Shown piece by piece: positions 12,774 through 24,129 of a stretch of 64,000 nucleotides of DNA. The notes under the pieces are model-generated. The model had not been told where the DNA came from. It did not search any database and saw only the letters and a program-made list of their open reading frames with translations. The translations under genes were made by a program, and so were the position numbers. The stretch comes from Podarcis muralis (lineage: Eukaryota). The DNA lies in assembly GCF_964188315.1 (NCBI RefSeq), contig NC_135655.1, forward strand, positions 34,100,001 to 34,164,000. Reading direction: 5' to 3'. Numbering within the stretch: position 1 is the stretch's first letter; each line of letters starts with the position of its first letter.

Positions 12774-13026
12774 TACTTACATTATTTCTTCATTTAATTC
12801 AGATGTAGTGTTTCTGTGGAAAATCCAGTAAGTCACACCCACCTACCCAAAATGGTAAAACTGGATTGAACAGACAAGGGGGAGACACAGGGCGTTTTGA
12901 TAAGTACACTGTGAAAAACTTCCATTCAGGAGCAGCATCAAGTTCACAATAAACTATGTGCAAGCACTGTAAGAAATATATGTGTTATGGGCTGATTAAA
13001 GTAACCTTTGTGACCATGCCTTGGGA

Positions 13027-13275
13027 TGTTGTTGTTGTTTAGTCGTGTCCGACTCTTCGTGACCCCATGGACCAGAGCACGCCAGGCACTTCTGTCTTCC
13101 ACTGTCTCCCGCAGTTTGGTCAGACTCATGTTTGTAGCTTTGAGAACACTGTCCAACCATCTCGTCCTCTGCCGTCCCCTTCTCCTTGTGCCCTCCATCT
13201 TTCCCAACATGAGGGTCTTTTCCAGGGAGTCTTCTCTTCTCATGAGGTGGCCAAAGTATTGGAACCTCAGCTTCA
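13027..13275 (-). mobile_element. RTE-BovB LINE 3' end
   Basis: (GTT)n tail then BovB C-terminal frame on the minus strand. Confidence 0.92.
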
Positions 13276-14479
13276 TTTACTGTGGATTTGAATATTGCCA
13301 TGGAATAATCTGTGTATATGTAGCTAGTTAATGAATCCTCACAACACTGGGGGGAAAAAAGTCCAACATCAGTGCTCAAAATAGGCTTGCCATGTTTCAA
13401 AAAGTGGAAAACCCGGACACAAAAGTTATGCTTTTTTTTTTAGCAAAGTTGATGGGCTTTTTTGGGGGGGGGGTGTCCAAGTTCTTGAACTTTTTTTTGT
13501 TTTGTCCAGTTGTCATTTTTTACAAGATCTACAGACATAGGCTGCCATACGTCTGGATTTTCCTTGACATTTCAGCAGCCGTTGTTTACGAGGGCTGAAT
13601 ACTGGGTATGTCCAGACGAATAGCATGCCTAAAAATAGTGACCTGTGACCCAGGTTAAGGACCTGGCTTTGCTTGAGGTTATTCCCTAATTTGTTAGAAA
13701 TACATGGTGTTTAACCACGAACAGAAACAACATTCCCCATGTACATTCTGTATCAGATACTTGATTTTCTTCTTAGAATGCAATGACCACGTATTATTTT
13801 AGCTTCCAAGTATCTTTTACTAGAAAACCAACAAACCTTATCCAACCTGCTCCCTGGGTACCAGGGTTAACGAGGAGTCCTTATGACCAGGCTAGGCCTC
13901 TAAGAGCCTCGACACACGCCACTGAGCTTTGGGGCTGCTAATTCAAAAATGGAGGATGAGCGCCTCAACCATTAATTAATAATGTAGCTCTCTGTCTTCC
14001 TGCGTGTCACAAGCTGGAAAGGCGGTGATCGGCCAATAAAGATGTAGGGGAAAGAAGTCGAAAGCTCCTCCCAACAGCTCTTCCTCATTGAGAGCTGAAG
14101 TAGTAGATCAAAAACTTCCGAGGAGCGGGGTTGGTGGGGGGCAGAAATAAAAGAGGGGAGACTCATCAGATACCAGCCGGGCGGAAGGGGCAATCGAATT
14201 ACTAATCAGGTAGGAGGTGATGGTGCAGCCTTTACCTCTGTCTCAGGAGGGTCAATTTGCCTTACAGACCTTTCCGGGAAGACAGGGGAGGAGGATGGGG
14301 GGGGGGAGGCACTCTCGTGTACATCCTGACAGCAGGAAGGGAAGGCTCATCTAACAGCCTCTCAGCTGGAGGGGATCCCTCATTAAACATCAGATCAGAC
14401 GGGGGGTGTGTGTGAGAAAGAGAGAGGAAAGGGGGGGGGGGAGAGAGGAGAGAGTCCCGACAGAAGCTGGCCGGGAAAG

Positions 14480-16070
14480 TAGATAAGCGATCAAAAAGAC
14501 TTGCCCTCCTTCTCTTCCCTGTTTGCTTGGCATTTTGGAGAGAGAGAGCGAGCGGAAGGAGGTGCGCGGAACAGCGCGCCGGGCCGGTCAGAGGGCGACC
14601 CCCGTGGGCGGAGCGGGGGGGGGGAGGCGGTGAGTCCAGGGGAGGCCTTAGACACCGGGGGAGGGGAATCCCCGGGTCGGTCGAGCACGTTGTGTGGCGG
14701 CGGAGGAGGAAGGGGGGGGGGGAGTAGTAGTAGTAGCAGGAGGAGGAGGAGGGAGTAGTCGTTGCCGCCGCCGCCTGCTGTTCGGCGTCATGGCCCCATT
14801 GTGAGGCGGCCTAGGGGAGGGGGGGGAGAGAGAGAGAGAGAAGCGGGGGAGGAAAGGAAGGATCCGCTCTCGCTCTCTCCCTTGCGCACACAGAGCTCGC
14901 TCAGTCCCAGGCGAGGAAGCGGCGTGTCAGGCGCACGCACACAAAAGGAACCGTCTTCGGGCTGCTGCTGCTGCTGCTGCTTTCGCCGCTCCTCTTCGCC
15001 TCGACCTGACGCCCTCCTTTCTCTCTCTCCCCCCCCCCCCCCGCGCTACTCCTCATATACTCCACTTAGAAACGGGACCCGGGCGATGCCACTATTACAC
15101 CGAAAGCCCTTCGTGAGGGAGAAGCCCCCCGCTGACCTTCGGCCGGACGAGCACGTCTTCTACTGCAAGGTCACCAACGAGATTTTCAGGAACTACGAGT
15201 AAGTCTCTCTCTCCCCCCCCCTCCCCATTTCCTCGTGGGCTCTGGCGGGCTGATTTGAACAGGAAAGCGCGGCGGAGGCGGCGGGAAATGGCTGACACCT
15301 GGCCTGGGAAAAGAAGAGGGTGGGGAGGGAATCCCCCTCCGAAAGGTCGGGGAAACCCCCTGACCACCCTTCTTCCGAGGGGAGGAGGGGGCGTCGAGCC
15401 AGGTCCTGCCCGCTGTCCTTTAGCGCGCGCTCTTGTGTCTCCCCTCAGGCCGGGGGGAGGAGGGGGAGAGGAGGAAATAAAGTTTGTGGCAAGTGGTGGG
15501 GGGGCGGGTCTGGTCCCTCCCCGCCGCCCTTGTCCCTCTGGTATCCCGAGACTCCCCCCCCCCTCCCGCCGCATGTCAAAGCGGCTTCCACTAGGCCTTT
15601 CGTAAGGTGCTCTCATTTGCCTCCGGTTTGTGGAAGCGACTTGGCGCGTTTGAGCGAATCCGAGCGCGGAAACTGCCTCACAGAAATCAACGGCCGGTTG
15701 GCCGGCCGCGTCGTATAGACCCGGCTTTGGGGTGGGCGCGAAGGGGAGCCTCCGGACGGGCGCTGCTAACCGCCCCGTGCGCACACTATTGTTTTCCCAG
15801 CAGCTGGCAGGACGGGGAATAAACGCGCCGCCTACTGTAGCCGCCCTCCCGCTCCCAAATGCGCCTCCGTTGGGTTTGAGTTCAAAACATCGACAGCCCC
15901 TCCTGCCGTCTCCTTTCATAGTGCAACTGAGTCGGGTTTTTATCTGTTTAAAAGCGCCCGACCCCCCCCCCCTCAAACCTCTTTTGAAACCTCCCCCCTT
16001 CGCCCTCTTTTCGACACGCTAGGCGTTTGAGTACCCTAAACTTCCACCCGTGCGAGTAGGTCTCGTCGGC
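14480..16070. promoter_or_regulatory. CpG island: BAZ1A promoter, 5' UTR and first intron
   Basis: Very GC/CpG-rich block around the ATG; strong donor GCG|GTGAGT at 14629/14630 suggests a non-coding first exon. Confidence 0.85.
15086..15198 (+). CDS. BAZ1A: BAZ1A coding exon 1 (WAC start), 113 nt
   Basis: ATG at 15086; donor GA|GTAAGT; upstream acceptor TTAG at 15068-69 implies a 5' non-coding exon. Confidence 0.95.
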
Positions 16071-19000
16071 ACCTGTTTCTTAAGCTCCAAATGGGGTGAT
16101 AATTCTGTTTCCGTAGTATCTGTCAGGGTTCTTCTAACGCTGGCAAGTACAATAGTTGAGCGTATTCAGGGGAAAGTGATGACGCATTTGAATGTGCTGG
16201 TTTAGCTAAAGCTGTGTATCTCAGTATTGTGCTTTATTGCCATGCATTAAGGGTTCCGTTGATTTTGTGGCTTTCACTCTGGCTTGTTCGCTTTTAAAAA
16301 TGAAAGAGGAGGACAGTTGGTCCACAAGGTATTCTCTCTAATGGCAGGCTATCAATTAATTAGCTAAAAGTACTAGTCTAGTTAGTTAATGAAATAAAGC
16401 TCAGTACATCAGCACTACTTTTGGGTGAGATTTTAATGAAAATAAGAATTACATATTTCCCAGTTTAGAGGAGCCTTCAGTTTCTATAATAGCTTTGCAC
16501 AGGACTGTTTCCCCAAGAGATGATGTGAATAGTAATTGCATGTAGTATTCAATTAGTTTAAATTTAAAATATATTTATAAACTTTATTAGTTTATCCTTT
16601 TTCTTAAGTATTGGCATAGGTATGAAGAGAATATGTGAACTTTACATATTAAATGTAATATTAGGAAGGAGAAAAAGTTCTTAAGGACAAAAGTGTTCAT
16701 CCAGAACTCTGATAGCTAAGAAGTTGGAATATGTTTTTCATTCTTCCGCTTTATTTGCAAGACTTTATGTATAATCCAGCCAAAGTTGAGCACTTTGAAG
16801 TCCAAAAAAAATTGGCTGGAGAGGTGAGCTATGCACAATTCTTCTACTGACATCAATAGGGTATAAAAATTCTCAATGTTGTCCCAGGAACTGATAACAC
16901 ATAAGGGCATGTGCAGAGTTCCTTTCGCTCAGCATTGAAGAAACCATTGCTAGACCCCCCCATTTGTTGGAGATGTGAGAAGGGATCTGGGGGCAAGAAA
17001 ATTCCTATCAAATTCTTCCATTTAGAAATGTAGCAGCAAGAGAAGAAATCTTACATTATTTTAATAATTGGACTGATTTTAGATATACTTAGATAAGGAT
17101 ATATAAGTTTGTAAAATACAGGATGCTCTTAATGCATTCTTGTATTTAACAGTTTATCTGGTAGTCAGAGGTAGCAAGTACGGTAATTCCATGTAGGCAA
17201 ACGAGTGTTCTGACGGGGGAGGGGGGTGGCAGGCAACCACTCGTCTGTGTTGGCCACAGAGAATGGAAAGTCTCTTCCTCCATGAATAGTGTGGAACTGT
17301 AGTGGGCCGAGCAGTTTTTTGTGTTTTTGTTTTTTTACTGATAGGCTACACATAGAAAAGGGATCTTCCCTTTTCCACAGCCAATATATTGTTGTCACTA
17401 TTATTGTTGTCATTATTAATTGTACTTAATGCTTTTCTTAACAAAATGTATTCCAAAGCAACTTGTTAAATAGTGTAAAGATTAAAACCAGCATAAAACC
17501 AAAACAGAGTAAAAAACTAAAATTGCAGTTATGCATTTAAGAGACACATCCCCACACAACTGGGGATTGTGGTTTTGCTCCCATCAAACTACAACCTATC
17601 ACCAAGGTTCATTCTTGGCTTATTGACTATGGTTTATTTAAGTAAAACATCCATAGGCCCTGGTTTGGACATAATACTTAACCCAGGGATCATGGTTTGT
17701 TATCCCTGGCTGCGTGCTTGTGGAAAGAAGCTAAATCATCAGTTACCATTACGTTTCTGATTTATCAAATTTGTATGCATATATATAGTGTTGCAATTAT
17801 ATACTTGCAACAGCTCAATGAGGTGGAGATAAAGTGGCTACTCCAGATTAATCAGGGTTTCGGGCCAGGTATTTTGGACTAAGTCCAACAGTTTTATTAC
17901 ATGATGCTGGCTGTCAGGTTTGGAGAGACACCATGTTCTGTGGTACAAGGAAACCATGGGACATGCATGCTTTCCCAGGTTACTGTTTCTCTTACAGTGA
18001 CTGCAAACCTGCATGAATCTCATTAGCTGGATGACAGACTGATTCAATTTTTGCCTGTAGTGCTTTTTAAAGTTTTATATATGTGTATATTTTATTGTAA
18101 GCTGTTTTGGACAGGTATTTGCCTAAAAGCAGCCTAAAAAACTAATTAATAGGTCGTAAGATTCAGTACTATCCACACAACAAATCCACAAATTCTGCTA
18201 AATTAAAGTTTCAGGAATTTTTATACTACTATAAAACACTTCTGGAGCACCAGAAGATTTGGCATTTTCTCCACTCCTTATTCAGTTAGAAGAGAGTGGC
18301 AAAACTTTCATCTTAGTAGCATCAACTCTTTGCCACCTAAGAACCCATAAAGTGCCGTCTTTAGTAGTTGCCCATAAAATGGACTGTAGCCCAGCAGCCA
18401 ATCATTAAAATGATAATCATATTATTAGTATCTCTAGACCAACTGAATCTTGGTTGCTTTGTTGACATTCCTCCTGGTTGAAAGTCTTGCAGCTGAATGC
18501 TTGTTCACTTAATGGGAAGACAGCTGCCATCCAGAATTTAATCCTGGATGAGCATGCTGACCTGGCATATATTACAAAGACCTGGCTGTATGTAAATCTT
18601 TCCCAGCTTTTGTCTGCCAGTTTTTCCAAACAGTAGCAGGTGGCCTAGTGGGCTATAGTGATTCCATTCCCATACCCAGGTGCCTCATTCAACATTACAG
18701 TTTTCATTATTCATTTAATTATAGTTTTGAGCATGTGTTGTTTTTATGGTGGGTGTTCAGGATAGGGATTCTGTTGGTGTATAGTCCTTACCATTGTTAA
18801 GCAGTCTCCTTATTTAAGATAGCCAGGGTGATATTGCTGGGAACTTCAACATTCCCTGTTGAAAGTGGCTCAGTATTTCATTGCTTCATGGCAATCATGG
18901 GTCCATGCTAAATGGGTTCGGGTCATACTTACCTTGTCTCTGATGGGATTGTGCTCCCTTTGAAAAGAAAATGAAATGAGTGAAACTGATATAGAAGGAG

Positions 19001-22000
19001 ACAAAGTAAAATTGGTAACCTTAGGACGGTACCAGTACAGATGAAGAAACAATGCTTGCGGACTCCCACATCTCCAGGCCTGCCTCCCAAATCAAGCTCA
19101 CATTTGAGCAAGTGAGTAGGAGATTAGTGTGAGAAGAACAGAATTCTATGATGAATCAGGTAAAATCTGAGGTTTAGTCACAGTTGTACCACATAATCGG
19201 TGTCCCACATAAGACATGTTGGGTCTGGATTTGATTTTATTTAAACTCAAATGAGATTATATCTCCCCAAAGCATAATGAGGTACAGTATTCTTTTTGAA
19301 GACCAATATATGAGAAAGAAAGTGGCTTTAAGGCACTGTTGGCCTCAAGGTCAAGTTTTGAAACCAGGAGCAGGGTGTTTGCAGACTTTTCCAATTACAT
19401 GTGATATCACAGAACGTGCGATGACATGGAATGCAACCCCCGTGCAAAGTGGGGGTTGCCTATACTTAAAAATGTATTTGACATGTTCAGTTATTTTAAC
19501 TTTCTCTGTTGCAGTGACTTTTTTGAACGAACCATTCTGTGTAATAGCCTTGTGTGGAGTTGTGCTGTTACTGGTAAACCTGGACTCACCTATCAAGAAG
19601 CACTAGAATCAGAAAAGAAAGCCCTACAAAATCTCCAGAACTTTCCAGAGCCACTTATTGTTCCAGTTCTATACTTAGTTACCCTCACTCAGCGCTCACG
19701 ACTTCATGAAGTTTGTGATGACATCTTTGCTTATATCAAGGACCGTTATTTTGTTGGTGAAATTGTTGCAGTACTTAGGAATAATGGTGAAAGGTAAGTA
19801 TTTCTTATATTTGCCAGTTTTGAGATATATATTTATGGCTCTTGTAAAAAGAAAACAAAATCTAGGGTTATCTTGTGAACAACTTAATTTTAAGTAGCTT
19901 TGGCTAGTCACATGGCTAGAATCTGTGGTTAAATTTGAAGCTAGATCAGATTCTTCAACCCAGTTCCTTTTTTCCTTATCTGGAAGATTTTGACTGACAG
20001 ATTAAGGATTTCTGAGATACAAAGCATTATTCTGTATGTATAGAATGGGTGGGATATAAATCTAAAAAGCACACTGCCAGCATGATAATGTTTTATTTTC
20101 CTGTGTTTTCAATCATTTAAAAAACAATGGCCTCAATGCAGATGCATGAGATGCTCACCATGTTTAAATAATTTGTAATATGTAACAGATTTGAACTCCC
20201 TCCTCTCCTCTGTGTCCCAAACATTATGTCTGCATCAGCACTAACTTAATTTCCTTTAAAAAATAATTTGGAAACCCACTTCAAATATTAATTTCAAAAT
20301 ATAATTAAGAAAGCAAACATGGTTTTAGTGATAACTGGGGCTATTCAGCTATAATGCTACCCCATGGCTAAATGAAACCATAACTGGGAAGGAGAAATTC
20401 ACACATGAGGAAAGGGAGAGTAGAAGGAGCCCATACCTTGTCCCTGATCTTCCAGCCATTCGTAGGATATCAGGAACTTCAGGTATACAACTGATTAATT
20501 TCAAAATGGAATCAACTTGTGAATTATGCTAGATGAAACCAAAAATTAATCCTCGAAACATGGAAGTTCTGTCTTCAAGTGCTCACCAAGGTTTGTTCTT
20601 GGCTTATGGCTCGTTATAATATGGGTCGAAGCTAAGCCATTGCTGGCCACATTCTCCCCACTCCTCCTAAGCTAATAGGTTGTCTTCTCTCTTATCCCCT
20701 TCTGTCATCTTACCTCCCATCCCCTATGTCCTTGTGTTGGGTTAGCCTACACAGAATGCTGCTGAACTGAAACAACTGCACTAACGAACACAGCTGTTTT
20801 AATGCAGTGAGCCCATATATGCTAAACGTAGTCTGGTCTATTATACAATTGGCAATGACTGTCCTGTACTTTACAGCAATAGCAATATGTATGTAAGTGT
20901 AACATCTGTGACGAGGTGTTAAATGCATATTTTCCTTTTGTATTGAACAATTTAATGGTTGTCTTCATTAGGTGACATTCTCACAAAAAATGGAGGCTTA
21001 CAATGTGTCAGGAAGCAAATGGGCCATTATTAAGACGAGATTAGACAACAATCATGTTATCCTTGTTTATTTGGGTCATCAACTGTAATAAAGGATAATC
21101 TTTTTTGCTAGTGTAGATACACAGACAACATAGAGCCTTTTATTTTCCCACTTTCTTGTGTTTAATATCTAGTTTCTCAGTAACATAACAGACATTCATT
21201 TTAAGATGTTTTCTTATCTGAATAAAACAAGAGGCTTTGTGATTAATGCTGAAAACCAAAACAGATAATTTAACATGACTGCTGTAATAGGACATTGTCA
21301 ATAGGGTAAATGTATTACTGTATATAGCAGATGTACTCTCATACTTGCAATGTGCTGAAGACTCATATGTGGAAATTCTCCCTACTCTTTCATTGGTCTT
21401 CATTTCGGAGTACTGTTCTTCATGCAGATAGTCTTGCTTCATGCAAATAGTCTTTGCATAAGGAAAGTGAAAACAAATTAAGACTTTTGCCTTTTCAGGG
21501 GCTTACAAAAGGCATGAGAATGGCTGTAATACCCACCTATTATAGCACCACACAAACTTACACTAGTGCTTATGCAGTTGCAGAGTAGCACTAGTGACTG
21601 TTTTTCTTCCCATGAAGACCTCTGTTTGCATCCCATAATAAATTATGGAACTACATGGATATGGGATAAGAACATAGATAAAGTTAAGCTGATTTTAAGT
21701 TCACAGACTATCCAAGGGTTAGAAGGAATGAGCATATACTTTACATTTGACTCTGCTCTTGAAACATTCTTCCCACTTTTTACCTGTCTGTTAGTATAAA
21801 ATGATATTGGATTGCAATCTACTTTTAGGTATATATTTCAGTAACTAAATCTTTTTGCACTAAAAAAAATGGTATGTTCTTATGTTTGCTTTGTTTCAGA
21901 CTGCAGTGTAAGATTTTGGAAGTTAAAGCACCAGTGCATCAAAATGGAATGGCTAATGGCCACGTTAACAATTCTGATGGAGTCACTATCGTTATTAGTG

Positions 22001-24095
22001 ATAGTGATGATTCAGACTTGGATACCAGTTCTGCACAAAATGGGTAAAATATTAGTTTTATATTTGGAAAATATGGGTAGTTTTAAAAGGCTACAAAAAC
22101 TGGATTAGAATAGTTGCTTAATGTAGAACCTCTATGCAGCCATTTTGCCTATAGTGGAATGGAATTACAACATTCCAGAATCTGAGAGGTCACCTGAGTT
22201 ATGTGCATTTGTTGGAGCAGGTCAGCATATGAGCCTGGAATGCTGTGTCTGTGTGAAAATTAATACAATTAAATATTTTCCCTGTTGTTTAGGGCAACCA
22301 TTTGGTTTTAAAAATACTAATTATATTCAAACTCTTTATGTGATATTATGTTTTGTACATTTTAATTACATTTAACTACATAATTAATTTCTTGTAGTTT
22401 GAAGGAGTTAATTCATTGAAATGTTGCACAGAAATGTTTCTGTTCAGAGGGAGGAAATTAATTGATATTTGTTTTTAGGAAGGAAAAAGCCATAACTGAA
22501 GCCTCCTTGTTCAAGTACAAAGTGAAGCCTATTAAGAAACAATTGTATGAATCTGTTACAGTGAAAGCATCTCAGATATGGTAAGCACTGAAGGCTATAG
22601 TCCTACTGCCCTATATGCATATGAGGAGTAATGTTGAGTGGATAGCTCAAAAATAAACCAGTGGCCACACGCATACTAAAATGTCTGACAGGCAGAATGT
22701 GAATGGGCGAGTCTTTTCTCATAATTGCATTTTCATAGCGGAAAAGGCTTAACCTGTTCAGTGTTGGCCAGCTACACAGCTCTTAAAGGCACAAAGACCC
22801 AAGGACAACCCTAAACCAAAGTCTAGGTTGTAATCCTTGAACTTCCTCTCCCTGCATGCGTACACACTCACCGTACGAATATAGACCACAGGCACACATA
22901 CATCTCTTCCTCTCCCTTTGCCAAAGTGCACCTCTCATACGCCACACATATAAACACACACCCCTCTCTTACACACAGCACATACATCTTGCCTCTCATA
23001 GACCATCCATCCATCTCTCTCTTTCACACACACACATGCATACCTATCTCCCACTCTCTCATCCCAAGGTCTCGATCATGTACAGGCATCCCCCCCATCT
23101 GTTCACTTCAGTTCACACGTGACTGCATGTATGTGCAGCCCTGGAAACCCGGAAGTGGCGGGAGAGACCTGAAGAGCATCAGCAAACCCCTCCTGCTCCT
23201 CCAGCTTGCGAGGAGACCCTCCCTGGAGCCTGAAGGGGACATCCTCTATGGGCTCTGAGGAGGGTCTCCTTGTGTGCCGGAGTCGCAGTGGGGTTTAGCT
23301 GAGTCTCTTCAGCCTCCTGGCTAACATCTGACACGCAGGAAAGCGGCTGCTGCTGGGCTTTTCCGCTGGAGGCTAGTTGAGGCTGCTCAGCTGGTGTGTG
23401 GGGTCAGCTGAGCAGCCTCAAGCCTCTGACTCAAAAGCAGTTCCTCCCTAGAGCCTGAAGAGGACATCCCCTTTGAACTCCAGAGAAGGTCTCCTAAAGA
23501 GCTGGAGGTGCAGCAGGGTGCCCCCCATTTATGCACATTTCCCTTATGCTCGTAGGGGGCTAGAATGTAATGTCTGCCATTCAAAACAAAAGAAAAACCT
23601 CCCTCCAAAACATTCCCAATCGCCCCACCAAAAATAATAAAAAATACACAAGGTCCACAAACCTGGCGCCTGCAGATGCTGGATTATAGTGCTGTAAGAG
23701 CACTTGGTTAATCTTGACTCTATTTCAGGAATGATTTGGTATTTATATTACTTAATTAGAATTGCCAGGAACAGTAGTTCCTGAAAAAAATACTTGATAG
23801 AATAGTTTCCTCTTGAAAGCTAAATTTAGGAACTATTTTAGTGTGCCAGTTCAGTTGGGAATCATCTTTGATATTGATGCATGTTCCTTTTCTTTTTGTC
23901 CTGTGCCATAGCCGGAGGAAACATCTATTTTCTCGTGACAGACTGAAGCTCTTTTTGAAGCAACACTGTGAATCGTATGATGGCATTGTTAAAATTAAGG
24001 TAATCAAAATAATTAAACAAGTTGAAGCAAGACTGTACTTTGATCACATTATGGGCAGTGAAATTAGTTTGATACCCAGTTTAGTTGTTGTGTTA

Positions 24096-24129
<34 letters not shown>

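Noticed and set aside
1-14400. SRP54 or another known neighbour upstream of BAZ1A
   Set aside because: No recognisable exon or second CpG-island promoter; the region is mostly repeats.
15095-15976. 293-aa minus-strand ORF and other overlapping ORFs in the BAZ1A CpG island
   Set aside because: Low-complexity G/P/R-rich frames expected by chance in GC-rich DNA; no recognisable domain.
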